A stretch of 64,000 nucleotides of DNA from a phage: sequence record PX423614.1; one strand, 5' to 3'. Within the stretch, counting starts at the first letter, position 1; each line of letters opens with the position of its first letter. Of this stretch, positions 8,572-17,468 are shown one piece after another. The position numbers and the translations under genes were made by a program. The notes beneath the pieces are model-generated. The model did not search any database. It saw only the letters and a program-made list of their open reading frames with translations, and had not been told where the DNA came from.

Positions 8572-8712
8572 ATGAAGAAGACAACCAAACGTATGAACCG
8601 TCCTGAACGTATGGATGCAGTAGCAAATGGTGCTCTGAAGATTGAGTCTGCCATGCTTCGTCTGACAACTAACATCCGTAAGCGTCAAGGTGATTGGTTC
8701 TACGGTGGATAA
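8572..8712 (+). CDS. small basic protein (46 aa)
   Basis: AGAGAG RBS-like before ATG 8572; in frame of track ORF. Confidence 0.35.
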   Translation: MKKTTKRMNRPERMDAVANGALKIESAMLRLTTNIRKRQGDWFYGG

Positions 8713-8721
8713 TTAATAATG

Positions 8722-8754
8722 GGCTGCCCTTCGGGGTGGCCTTTGTTGTTTTAA
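8722..8754 (+). terminator. terminator-like hairpin with ttcg loop
   Basis: GGCTGCCCttcgGGGTGGCC followed by TTTGTTGTTTT. Confidence 0.5.
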
Positions 8755-8795
8755 TTAAGGGACAACTCTTACTTAAACTAACAAGAGAGGTTGAT

Positions 8796-9047
8796 ATGTT
8801 CAATCGTTTATTTGACCGTAAAGGTCGCACTGACATACTGATACCTTCTATCGGTGTGCCAGCTAAGTTCGGTGAGATACGTGCTGGTGATTTCTTCATG
8901 GAATCAGGTCGTCTTCATCTGAAGATCAACCTCGATCACGCTGTTGAAATCCTCAGTGATGATAAGCCAATCATCGGCACTTCGGTGTACAGTGCAAACC
9001 ATACTGTATTTGTTGTCAATGTTCAGATTGAGATTAAATCACCATGA
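8796..9047 (+). CDS. small early protein, GDxF paralog family
   Basis: AGAGAGG RBS; IRAGDFFM pattern. Confidence 0.5.
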   Translation: MFNRLFDRKGRTDILIPSIGVPAKFGEIRAGDFFMESGRLHLKINLDHAVEILSDDKPIIGTSVYSANHTVFVVNVQIEIKSP

Positions 9048-9301
9048 AGACAAACTTCCGAGCAGCAGTTATTACGAAAGTAATAGCAGTTGGTGATGTA
9101 ATGATGCAAGTTCCTCTGAACACTCGTTACATTGCCATTGACCGAATGGGTTATGTGTGGGCTTGGAAGTGGAAGCCTACTTACAATAAACTGTTCGACG
9201 AATACCAGTGCGCTGGGCCTTACATGCCAACGTTGGTTGGTGTGTATGAAGACGGTCCTTGTCGTACTCCTCAGTTAATTGAACTACCGGCGTGTGCTTA
9301 G
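9044..9301 (+). CDS. hypothetical protein
   Basis: ORF track; overlapping start/stop with neighbour. Confidence 0.45.
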   Translation: MKTNFRAAVITKVIAVGDVMMQVPLNTRYIAIDRMGYVWAWKWKPTYNKLFDEYQCAGPYMPTLVGVYEDGPCRTPQLIELPACA

Positions 9302-9302
9302 T

Positions 9303-9467
9303 ATGATTAAATGGTTCAAGCGTCTTGTGCATCTGCATGATTGGGTAATCCTTGAAAAATATACGCTGAAGATTACTGACGATCACGGTGGGACAAAGCA
9401 CAAAGGTCTTCGCTATATTATGCAGTGTAAAGTGTGTGGTCATGTTACCAAGCGTGACATGATCTAA
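9303..9467 (+). CDS. small Cys-containing protein, tandem paralog 1 (MIKWFKRL...)
   Basis: N-terminus MIKWFKRL and C-terminal CKVCGH shared with the next gene. Confidence 0.5.
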   Translation: MIKWFKRLVHLHDWVILEKYTLKITDDHGGTKHKGLRYIMQCKVCGHVTKRDMI

Positions 9468-9476
9468 GGGATCATT

Positions 9477-9641
9477 ATGATTAAATGGTTCAAGCGTCTC
9501 TTTCATTTCCATGAGTGGGAAGATCTTTCTACTTATGAATTGACGATCACAAATAAACTTACTGACAGAGAGCGACAAGGGTTGCGTATCTACTCTCGCT
9601 GTAAAGTGTGTGGTCTGCACAAGAAAACAGATCTGATCTAA
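9477..9641 (+). CDS. small Cys-containing protein, tandem paralog 2
   Basis: MIKWFKRLFHFHEW...CKVCGLHKKTDLI, paralog of 9303-9467. Confidence 0.5.
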   Translation: MIKWFKRLFHFHEWEDLSTYELTITNKLTDRERQGLRIYSRCKVCGLHKKTDLI

Positions 9642-9649
9642 GGGGTGTT

Positions 9650-9859
9650 ATGTTCTTTCGTAAGAAAAAGCCCGAAGATTCTGGATGTAAACACGAGTGG
9701 GTGATCACTGAAAACCTACACATCACTCACGCTAAAGATACTCCAGTAGAGAGAAAAGAGTCTCGTGTATCTCGTGTCTGTAAGCGCTGTTTGAAAATAG
9801 AACAGCATAAAGTTCCCGGTCATATCGGTCATGATGTGGCCTTGCGTATTTTCACTTAA
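9650..9859 (+). CDS. small Cys-containing protein, distant paralog 3
   Basis: CKHEWVITE...CKRCL pattern; ATG 9650. Confidence 0.4.
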   Translation: MFFRKKKPEDSGCKHEWVITENLHITHAKDTPVERKESRVSRVCKRCLKIEQHKVPGHIGHDVALRIFT

Positions 9860-9868
9860 ACAAATCCA

Positions 9869-9944
9869 GCACCCTTAGCTCAATGGACAGAGCAGCGACC
9901 TTCTAAGTCGTTGGTTACAGGTTCGAATCCTGTAGGGTGCACCA
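9869..9944 (+). tRNA. tRNA-Arg (anticodon UCU)
   Basis: cloverleaf: acceptor GCACCCT/AGGGTGC, D-stem GCTC/GAGC, anticodon stem-loop with TCT at positions 34-36, T-arm ACAGG-TTCGAAT-CCTGT, encoded 3' CCA. Confidence 0.85.
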
Positions 9945-9962
9945 ATCAACGTAGGAGGGTTT

Positions 9963-10103
9963 ATGACCTCTGAGTTTAATGAGTGGTTCGATGATATCTT
10001 TACTTCTCCTTTGTTCAGCGAAGAAGAAAGAGAAGAACTTAAAACCTACCTATGGATGGCTTGGCGAGATAGCCGCCGTAAGGCGCTTCAGGAGGGATCA
10101 TGA
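9963..10103 (+). CDS. small acidic protein (46 aa)
   Basis: strong AGGAGG RBS before ATG 9963; stop overlaps next start. Confidence 0.45.
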   Translation: MTSEFNEWFDDIFTSPLFSEEEREELKTYLWMAWRDSRRKALQEGS

Positions 10104-10426
10104 GCTGGGGTGGTGTAATTACCTTAACCTGTATCTTTATCGCCTGTGTAGCTCTTACAGGCTGTGTACAGCATCGTCCTGATGGATGGTGTGCATTATC
10201 TGTAGAAGGTGTCTGTGTTTCCCGTTGGCATAGTGGGGAGAAGGTTCCTAGCGGTGAAATTGATATGCGTTATGCTGGCGCTTCTTGTTCAAATGGCGGT
10301 GCTGTTGATGAGAAGGCTTATGCAGGGCGTGATATGGAGACACAAGGTGATTGGTCGCGTTATGACTTTATCTCCCGTGGTGTACAGTGTAGTGGCTCTG
10401 TGACAACAACAGGTAAGGAGTGGTGA
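10100..10426 (+). CDS. putative lipoprotein
   Basis: signal peptide with lipobox-like LTGC; Cys-rich mature part. Confidence 0.5.
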   Translation: MSWGGVITLTCIFIACVALTGCVQHRPDGWCALSVEGVCVSRWHSGEKVPSGEIDMRYAGASCSNGGAVDEKAYAGRDMETQGDWSRYDFISRGVQCSGSVTTTGKEW

Positions 10427-10427
10427 T

Positions 10428-10682
10428 ATGTCTGGTCATTATTCTGATACGAAAGCATTGCTTGAAACAGCAGCTAAGACTTCATGCCAACAGCAAGTAA
10501 AAATGTTGTTGGTTGATATTAACAATCTGCGCTGGCTTATTAAAGAAGGTCATCTTGGAAACGCTGCCTATTACAACGTTAAAGATATCCTTCGCCGCCA
10601 GCACTTCCTTATCCACGGAAACGTGGTCACTCGCAACTACCAATGGAACGGTCAATGGTTACAGCAGCGTATGTCCTCCTGA
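10428..10682 (+). CDS. hypothetical protein
   Basis: ORF track; AGGAG RBS. Confidence 0.5.
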   Translation: MSGHYSDTKALLETAAKTSCQQQVKMLLVDINNLRWLIKEGHLGNAAYYNVKDILRRQHFLIHGNVVTRNYQWNGQWLQQRMSS

Positions 10683-10909
10683 TTTATGTTATTGGTTGGT
10701 GGTTGGCAGCCATTGTAGTTAAATGGTGCTTCAAAACCAATACACTCTACAACTTCTTCCATTCCTCATGGAGTGGTAAGCCTGATGAATACTCTATTTG
10801 GACGGTGATATTCTTCTGGCCTTTTATGCTGATCTTTATCCTCTTCTTACCTTTACTTATGTTGATAGGTTGGGTAATGGATAAGGTGACAATCTTTGTT
10901 ACTAAGTAA
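10643..10909 (+). CDS. small integral membrane protein
   Basis: two to three hydrophobic helices; true start uncertain. Confidence 0.4.
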   Translation: MERSMVTAAYVLLIYVIGWWLAAIVVKWCFKTNTLYNFFHSSWSGKPDEYSIWTVIFFWPFMLIFILFLPLLMLIGWVMDKVTIFVTK

Positions 10910-11185
10910 TATCGTGAAGGATTCTTACGAGAGTCCTTTGAGATAGGACTTCAGATCTCCTATCAACTAACCGCTCAATGTTGAGCATTTTATTCACATA
11001 AGCCCCTCATGGGCTGGGTTTAATGCCGGTAAGCGTTTTACGCTATCCACTACAGCATCGGATTGTTAGGTCTTACATGCAATATTAATTAATAGGATAT
11101 GGGAGGATTCGTCCCCTCCCCCTATTTATGAAAGCATTCTTCCGAGAGTTCTCTCATAAATTGGTCCATAACTAAAGGTGGTAAA

Positions 11186-11440
11186 ATGAAAGTTAACAAA
11201 CCAGCCAGTAAGAACGCAATACCACTCAGCGCTCTGCGTCTTGGGGATTGCTTCATGTACCCTAACAGTGAAGATGGTGATTTGTACATCTTACTGTCTA
11301 CCGAGTTCTCAACTCGACTCTGCATCAAGGGCGCGGACGAGCATAGACTTGTAGCCTGTCTTAACACAGGCCGAGCGACAGCTCCTCGTAAAGATGTTGC
11401 TGTTATTCCTATTAAAGCTGAAGCAACTATTAAGGAGTAA
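11186..11440 (+). CDS. small early protein, GDxF paralog family
   Basis: LRLGDCFMY pattern; AAAGGTGG RBS. Confidence 0.55.
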   Translation: MKVNKPASKNAIPLSALRLGDCFMYPNSEDGDLYILLSTEFSTRLCIKGADEHRLVACLNTGRATAPRKDVAVIPIKAEATIKE

Positions 11441-11443
11441 GCA

Positions 11444-11707
11444 ATGGCTCTGACCATTAACAAAACTCGTATTGCGGATATTCCTCTAATGGTGGCAGGT
11501 GTTTCTATCGGTTCTTTCTTTACTTTGAAAGAAGATAAAGAACAAACCATTTACATGAAAGTGAACAAAAGCTCTAATGGTTGTGAATACCACCGAGCTG
11601 TGTCTATGCAGAGTGGATACGTTCGTAATATGGCATCCAATATGCCAGTTGGTGTTGTGTTTGAATCAGCAACTCTGGATTTAGTGGAGAAGATCAGTGA
11701 AACATAA
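11444..11707 (+). CDS. small early protein, divergent GDxF-family paralog
   Basis: similar length and hydrophobic pattern; AAGGAG RBS. Confidence 0.45.
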   Translation: MALTINKTRIADIPLMVAGVSIGSFFTLKEDKEQTIYMKVNKSSNGCEYHRAVSMQSGYVRNMASNMPVGVVFESATLDLVEKISET

Positions 11708-11954
11708 AGACCATCCAAAGTATGTATCGCTATTGGATGCAGCCCTTCTCTGCACGTACTGGCTCCTTATTGTTATTGGGGTTGTGCTAATGATATGTGG
11801 TGTCGTACAGTTCTTTATGTATCTGCAAAGCGTGTTAGATATCACATTAGCTAACACTATAATCCTTGCAATTCTCGGTATTATTGCTTTCTGTGTGATT
11901 GTCTTCTTCGTTTGGTTATCTATGAACGACGACTCTACACACACCTTCTATTGA
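11697..11954 (+). CDS. small integral membrane protein
   Basis: two long hydrophobic helices. Confidence 0.45.
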   Translation: MKHKDHPKYVSLLDAALLCTYWLLIVIGVVLMICGVVQFFMYLQSVLDITLANTIILAILGIIAFCVIVFFVWLSMNDDSTHTFY

Positions 11955-11967
11955 CAGGAGAGAATCA

Positions 11968-12084
11968 GTGAGAAAACGTGCCTACTCTGAAGAAGAAATG
12001 GTTAACCTGAAAGGATTCGGTCAACGACAGCCCGATGGTTCAGTTATCTGGTACATTAACGGACAGAAAAAGGCAAGTAAATAA
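11968..12084 (+). CDS. small protein (38 aa), GTG start
   Basis: AGGAG RBS before GTG 11968; followed by terminator-like hairpin. Confidence 0.3.
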   Translation: MRKRAYSEEEMVNLKGFGQRQPDGSVIWYINGQKKASK

Positions 12085-12152
12085 GCCCTCTTCTCTCCTC
12101 CTTTTAACTACTATGACGCCTCTCTTTTCGGCGCTGTTTTGGAGCTTCAAAA

Positions 12153-12566
12153 ATGTCTGGGAAATTCCCTAACGTAAGCAAGAAATTGGCTTACTTAACG
12201 TATAAAGAAAACATTGACCTTCTGGTCAAGCTATATCCGGCTTCATTCAACAAGCAATTCCCTCTTCCTTTGGAGCCTAATGTCCACAAGGAAATCGCCC
12301 GCAAGACTGGTTGGTCAGCGGAGAAAACAAGCATGGTGCTCAACATCTGGACTACTCGTATGGAGTATGTGATGATGGCCTGTAGCACTGGTAAACGCTT
12401 CAAGCTGCACTCTGTAGCTATGAAGATTCGTAGCCCTATTGACCCTGAGCCGATGGCTGGCTTTATTAGCCGTCTGAAATCTTTCCGTGATCGTGGTCGT
12501 GTAGTGAAATTCAAGCATGACTTCTCTTACAAGTTTGGATACGAAGCGTTCCAATTTGTTGTTTAA
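12153..12566 (+). CDS. ProQ/FinO-domain-like RNA-binding protein
   Basis: N-terminal region aligns by eye with the ProQ/FinO domain (LYPASF, PLPL, WTTRMEYVMMACSTGKRFKLHS versus ProQ FPHCF, PLKIGI, YTSSWRYL...G.RVDL). Confidence 0.4.
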   Translation: MSGKFPNVSKKLAYLTYKENIDLLVKLYPASFNKQFPLPLEPNVHKEIARKTGWSAEKTSMVLNIWTTRMEYVMMACSTGKRFKLHSVAMKIRSPIDPEPMAGFISRLKSFRDRGRVVKFKHDFSYKFGYEAFQFVV

Positions 12567-12593
12567 TCTCTCTTTAATGTAAGGTAATAAAGC

Positions 12594-12827
12594 ATGTCTA
12601 AAGTTAGCGCAATTGATGCCATCCGTCAGCCGTTCCAGTTCCAGTCTAAATCAACTCAGACCCACAGCGAACCTAAACAGATTCGTCTGGGCGGTACAGA
12701 GAAGACTGTATTCGATATTGCGAAAAATAAAAGCGTAACCATCGTCGAAGGCGGCGAACTGGTTAATGTTTCCCACCGTATTCGCACTGGCAAGACTGCC
12801 AAAGATCGTGCTAAGAAAGGTTTGTAA
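12594..12827 (+). CDS. hypothetical protein
   Basis: ORF track; RBS-like AAGG. Confidence 0.45.
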   Translation: MSKVSAIDAIRQPFQFQSKSTQTHSEPKQIRLGGTEKTVFDIAKNKSVTIVEGGELVNVSHRIRTGKTAKDRAKKGL

Positions 12828-13078
12828 TGCAAATTTCCAATAAAACACCTCCTGAGCCTACTGTTCAAGTAAAAGATATGACACCGGGAGATGTGTTTCG
12901 TTCGGTTGAATATCCGGGGGAATTCTTTATCCGAATCCCTTCTGCCTCTGTTGCTGGTATCGCTAAGCCGGTAACAGCAGTTCAGTTGAGCACAGGTCAT
13001 CTCTTCCGTTTAGAGATTGACATGGCAGTTATTCCTGTTCCGACAGCAATCCTCCGCTTCGACGGAGATACAGAGTAA
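12827..13078 (+). CDS. small early protein, GDxF paralog family
   Basis: MTPGDVFRS...VIPVP; closest paralog of 7811-8044. Confidence 0.55.
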   Translation: MQISNKTPPEPTVQVKDMTPGDVFRSVEYPGEFFIRIPSASVAGIAKPVTAVQLSTGHLFRLEIDMAVIPVPTAILRFDGDTE

Positions 13079-13083
13079 CATCT

Positions 13084-13111
13084 ATAGCCCTCGTGAGTAT
13101 CAGAGGGCTAT
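13084..13111 (+). repeat. conserved hairpin ATAGCCCTC...GAGGGCTAT (copy 2 of duplicated intergenic module)
   Basis: 9-bp stem; homologous to 8279-8306; followed by GCTAGGGAGAG and GAACATCCG..GATAG as in copy 1. Confidence 0.5.
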
Positions 13112-13319
13112 GTGAGCTATTCTGGCTCAACTAACCTAATCTTAATTTAATCTTTCCCGTATGGGGCCGATGCTAGGGAGAGGAATAATCCTCGAACATC
13201 CGTCGGATAGAATATTTTAAGAGCAGGTTATCCACAGATATTGGGTGATATCTATTTAATTGGCCTTAAAGCTTGGCTCTCTTATGAGAGTCCTTTTTTA
13301 AGTTCAAAGAAGAGGTTGT

Positions 13320-13487
13320 ATGGATAATAAGTTGAAAGCTAAATTCTTATTGGCAGCAATCTTTATTTGCTTAGCCACTGTGGGGTTTGTCAGGATGTAC
13401 TCTTTTGCATCTTGCGAGTTAAGCAAGAATAACAGAGGGTCTTACAACTGGCTAACCAATCAATGTGACAAACAGGAGAAGTTATGA
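13320..13487 (+). CDS. small membrane/secreted protein (55 aa)
   Basis: AAGAGG RBS; hydrophobic N-terminus; stop overlaps next ATG. Confidence 0.4.
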   Translation: MDNKLKAKFLLAAIFICLATVGFVRMYSFASCELSKNNRGSYNWLTNQCDKQEKL

Positions 13488-13846
13488 ACCTACGCCCCAT
13501 TAAAGGCCATGTGAACCTGTCTACGCTTCATAAAGTAGCAAATGATTTAGGTGGTATGGATGAGGAAGATCTGAAACAGCAACTGCTTTGGATTTCTCAT
13601 GGTATCAAGGCGGCAAAGGCCAAAATGGCTCGTGCACAAGGTAAACTAAAAGCGAATAAATATCTTATTCGCCGTCGTAATACCTTACCTCAGGATGTGG
13701 TAAGTTTAGCTTTATCAGGATATAAAGCAGCAGAGGTAGAGCTTCAGGAAGCAGAGTTTGAAAAAATGCGCTTCCAAGAGAACTATCGAAACTTCCGTAG
13801 TATTGACTACATTCGCAAATCTCTGAGCCTTTTGGTAGCAGAGTAA
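13484..13846 (+). CDS. hypothetical protein
   Basis: ORF track; AGGAG RBS. Confidence 0.5.
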   Translation: MNLRPIKGHVNLSTLHKVANDLGGMDEEDLKQQLLWISHGIKAAKAKMARAQGKLKANKYLIRRRNTLPQDVVSLALSGYKAAEVELQEAEFEKMRFQENYRNFRSIDYIRKSLSLLVAE

Positions 13847-13856
13847 AGAGGTAAAA

Positions 13857-15074
13857 ATGTTCCCTGTAACACTTCAAAGCTGGAAAGAATCAGAAGACGT
13901 TGTAACTGTTTGGCCTCCTTGTTATGGTTTCCTGAAAGCAGGTTACTATCAGGGTGGTGATTATGGTGAAGATGAAGACGGTGATCCTGACTACTACTGC
14001 ACATACGACAGCAACTACGGCTGGAATATCCGCATTAAGGTGTGGAGTAAAAATATGATGGTTCGTCAAGGCACTGCCGAAGAGAACGTTCTCGAAAACA
14101 TGATGCCTATGTCCGAAATCAAGTACATCTGGAACTCTGGTACACACCTTCCCGCTTATGGTGTAAAACGCTATGGTGATAAAGAGCCTATTGCCACTCA
14201 ATATTTCCGTGAAGGGGTGGAGAATGGAGACCCTCGTCCACCTTCCCACGTAGAAACATGGGCAGAAGAAAACAACCGTCCTGATATTACTGATCGCGCT
14301 GTAATGGAAGCTTTTGAAGCATTCATGGATAAAGATTCTGACTCATGTCTGGTGTGGCATGAAGCAGGATTCATGGGTGTTTGTACTGATGGTTGTCCTG
14401 CTGATCGCGCTCTGTTCTATCTGATGCTGAATCGCACATTCTATACAGATGATGAAAAATCTGCTGTGTATGAAATGTTGAACAAGATGTATAAGAAGGG
14501 CTGGTCTCCTTTAGCCTCTCTTGCATTCAGCCGACTGATCAACTCTTCAGTGGATGTGTTCGGTAACGAACGTGTTGCTTTAACAGGGAATGATTATGAT
14601 TCCTGTATCTTCCAAGCATCTCTGTATACAGTGGGTGTTGGCAGTACAATGGTTGAACCTCGCCAGACCAAGTGGCGACAGTGTGAATACACCGAAGGTG
14701 AAGGGCATCTTCGTGATGAAGACTTCCCCAGTCTGCTCTACCGTAGTGAAGGTGTGCGAGACTGTCGAGTGAATAACTCAATGTTCTTACCAATCCTTCT
14801 TCCTCAGTATTGCAATCTGCCGAATGGTGAACGTCCGGTCATCACAGAGAAGTCACTCTTGGTTGAATTTATCCGAGAAGTGGCTGAATCTGAAACATCT
14901 TTTGATAAAATTGTGTTCGGTTATAACTGGAACAATGAAACAGCTTCAGCTCGAAGCTACAACACGTATAACATTATCAGTAGTATGTCCAATGGACTGA
15001 CAGGTAGTAATTATACAGTACGTCCCTCAGAAGAGTGGGAAACCATTATGGAAAAATTATTCTTTAATAAATAG
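13857..15074 (+). CDS. hypothetical protein (405 aa), first gene of ligase cluster
   Basis: long ORF with no motif I recognise; acidic Gly-rich N-terminus; co-oriented and tightly linked with the ligase genes. Confidence 0.55.
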   Translation: MFPVTLQSWKESEDVVTVWPPCYGFLKAGYYQGGDYGEDEDGDPDYYCTYDSNYGWNIRIKVWSKNMMVRQGTAEENVLENMMPMSEIKYIWNSGTHLPAYGVKRYGDKEPIATQYFREGVENGDPRPPSHVETWAEENNRPDITDRAVMEAFEAFMDKDSDSCLVWHEAGFMGVCTDGCPADRALFYLMLNRTFYTDDEKSAVYEMLNKMYKKGWSPLASLAFSRLINSSVDVFGNERVALTGNDYDSCIFQASLYTVGVGSTMVEPRQTKWRQCEYTEGEGHLRDEDFPSLLYRSEGVRDCRVNNSMFLPILLPQYCNLPNGERPVITEKSLLVEFIREVAESETSFDKIVFGYNWNNETASARSYNTYNIISSMSNGLTGSNYTVRPSEEWETIMEKLFFNK

Positions 15075-15082
15075 AGGCGAAT

Positions 15083-16033
15083 ATGTCAATCTCCGCATCG
15101 ATTGCTCCGGTAACACCGGCAGAGGATTTCGGTGAGTCAGTGTTCAAAGGAAGAGCTTGCTTTGGTACTTTTAACTGTATGCACATGTATTCTGTTACAG
15201 ACATTAACGGTGAAAGTCGTAACCGAACAAGCCTTCGTGATAGAACTTCAGAAATTGAAGTTATTAACTTCTGGCCTCACAATTTTTATGGCGTACCAGC
15301 TAAAGATATCGAAAGAGCTTTGGTTGAAGCAACAGACATTTTTAACTCAATGTCTTGCTATAAAGATATGTTCTCTGTCACTTCGGTGAACTCTATTGCC
15401 GTGAACCTTCGAAACCATCCAGCAGACAAGGTGTTTACTGGACTAATGACCATCCGTAGCTATTTGGATGGTGATTTTAATGGAATGGAGTTCCTTCAGG
15501 AAGGCGTACAAGACAAGGAAGAGTTGCTTAAGCGACAACGAATCGGTTTAGCTCTACGCCTAGCTGGTTTAAGTCGTAACTTCTTTGGTCGCTGGTGTTA
15601 TAGTAATGACGTAGACTCAACTGATGAGTCAGCAGCGACTTATTTTGATGGTGACATGAGTGCAATTGCATTTCTGCCACTAATTTGCACCACTGATGAA
15701 TTTTCTGAAAACGTATGGGTTCAGAATGTGTTCGGTGTTGATGATAACCGAGATGGTTATGTACGAAACCATAATGATGGAGTTCTCCGTCGTATGGCAC
15801 GTCGTCGTGACCAAGACCCTGACCATTACGAGAGTATGAGTGAATGGTTACGTCTCTGGTCAACTTGTGCAGGTCACAAGAGAGAAGTATTAGATCAGCG
15901 TATGGATAGAATTACTGTTCGTAGTTTTATTGAACGTCTGATGCAAGCAGTACCTTCCTCAATGACACCAGAAGAAGCTGGTGCCCGTGTTGTTTCCCTT
16001 TTTGATGAACTCGTGGAGTATTACAATGACTAA
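15083..16033 (+). CDS. hypothetical protein (316 aa), ligase cluster
   Basis: long ORF; no recognisable motif. Confidence 0.55.
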   Translation: MSISASIAPVTPAEDFGESVFKGRACFGTFNCMHMYSVTDINGESRNRTSLRDRTSEIEVINFWPHNFYGVPAKDIERALVEATDIFNSMSCYKDMFSVTSVNSIAVNLRNHPADKVFTGLMTIRSYLDGDFNGMEFLQEGVQDKEELLKRQRIGLALRLAGLSRNFFGRWCYSNDVDSTDESAATYFDGDMSAIAFLPLICTTDEFSENVWVQNVFGVDDNRDGYVRNHNDGVLRRMARRRDQDPDHYESMSEWLRLWSTCAGHKREVLDQRMDRITVRSFIERLMQAVPSSMTPEEAGARVVSLFDELVEYYND

Positions 16034-16832
16034 GCGCGCTTTCCTTATTGGCTCTGACCCTGAAATGTTTGTTCGTACTGCTTCCGGTATTATCACCTCT
16101 GTGGCTGGTAAGCTGGGCTGTTCTAAAGATAATAAAATTGATCTGGCTCCTGATGTTCGTCTTCAAGAAGACAACGTTCTGGCTGAGTTTGATATTAACC
16201 CACAGAAAGGGTTTGAAGCGTTTGATGATAATATTCAGCGTGGTATTGATCTGACTAACAAAGTTCTCAATGAACGTGGCATGGAGGCAGCACTTGGGAT
16301 TAGCTCTCATGTGTTCACTTCAGAAGAACTTGAATCATTCCACCCGTCAGCTTTTGTATTTGGCTGTACTCCTGATTTCAATGCCTTCACTGGACAAAAG
16401 AACCCTTCACCAGTCGCAACTGATAAGGGTTTGCGTACTGCTGGGGGTCATGTGCACCTTGGTGTCTCCGGGACTTTAGAGATTACTCGACAAACTCAAA
16501 TGATGTTGGGTGTGTTGTGTGATTACTTCCTGTCCTTGCCAGCTGTGATCATGGATAAAGACACTCGTCGTAAAGAGTTGTACGGAAAGGCTTCTGCCAT
16601 TCGCTACAAAGATTACGGTATTGAATATCGTTCTCTTTCTAACTTCTGGATTGGTGATAAGTCCACTCGCAAGTTTGTTTATGAGCAAGTGGATAAGGTT
16701 GTTCAGGGTTGTGATATGGAAGTGTTGATGTCACTTCACTCTCGCCTTCCAATTGAAAAGCTTCACAACATCATCAACAGCAACGATGTTAAAGAAGCGG
16801 ATAAATTCTCCTCTAAACTCCAGATTGTATAA
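16026..16832 (+). CDS. amidoligase-like protein, paralog A
   Basis: shares four ordered motifs with the 17465-18565 product: GSDPEMF/GIELEVEG, LAEFxxxP/CELVxxxP, GGHVH/STHVH, YGIEYRS/GSVEFRIS; start 16026 has a GGAG RBS. Confidence 0.4.
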   Translation: MTKRAFLIGSDPEMFVRTASGIITSVAGKLGCSKDNKIDLAPDVRLQEDNVLAEFDINPQKGFEAFDDNIQRGIDLTNKVLNERGMEAALGISSHVFTSEELESFHPSAFVFGCTPDFNAFTGQKNPSPVATDKGLRTAGGHVHLGVSGTLEITRQTQMMLGVLCDYFLSLPAVIMDKDTRRKELYGKASAIRYKDYGIEYRSLSNFWIGDKSTRKFVYEQVDKVVQGCDMEVLMSLHSRLPIEKLHNIINSNDVKEADKFSSKLQIV

Positions 16833-16841
16833 GGTGATATT

Positions 16842-17468
16842 GTGAGCTTGTTAAGAGATTTTCAACACTATTATTGTGGAACATGGATTGCTCAGCGATC
16901 ACCTGATGGTAAAAACCTCCCTCTATATGTGCTTGATGTTCGTCAGCAAGGTAACTTTGATATCGACGACTATTCACACGACGCTGAAATGTCTTTAGTG
17001 TTTGAGGCGGAACGCTGGACTAAAAACTCTGAAGGTCAGTTTGAACGTCAGGTTGTTAGTAATATCCCAGTGTTTGATCACAGCCTCATTCTGGAGTCTC
17101 CAGATGTAGGATACCTTCAGCATGGTAATAACATGGTGAGCTGGACCCATATCAACCCTGTTCGTCAGCGAGCTAAAGGCTTGATGGGGAATAAACTTCG
17201 TGGTGCTCCGCCTTCTCTCGGACGTTCGATTCCGGGTGATTTGGTGTACAACCTGTTTAATCCAGAGTTTGAAGGGTTGGTTACTCGTTTCATCTATATC
17301 AATCCTGTCGATGGAAAAGTTTATTACAAAGGAGCTTACGTTGGAAACGTGCTTCTTGAAGCTGGTTATGGCGACAATGGTCGTCAATCTTTAAACCTTC
17401 TGGAGAAGTTCAAGCATATTTCTTCAGACCTGTCATCATATAATGTAGAGTTGGTGGAATCATTATGA
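16842..17468 (+). CDS. hypothetical protein (208 aa), ligase cluster
   Basis: ORF track; between the two amidoligase-like paralogs. Confidence 0.5.
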   Translation: MSLLRDFQHYYCGTWIAQRSPDGKNLPLYVLDVRQQGNFDIDDYSHDAEMSLVFEAERWTKNSEGQFERQVVSNIPVFDHSLILESPDVGYLQHGNNMVSWTHINPVRQRAKGLMGNKLRGAPPSLGRSIPGDLVYNLFNPEFEGLVTRFIYINPVDGKVYYKGAYVGNVLLEAGYGDNGRQSLNLLEKFKHISSDLSSYNVELVESL

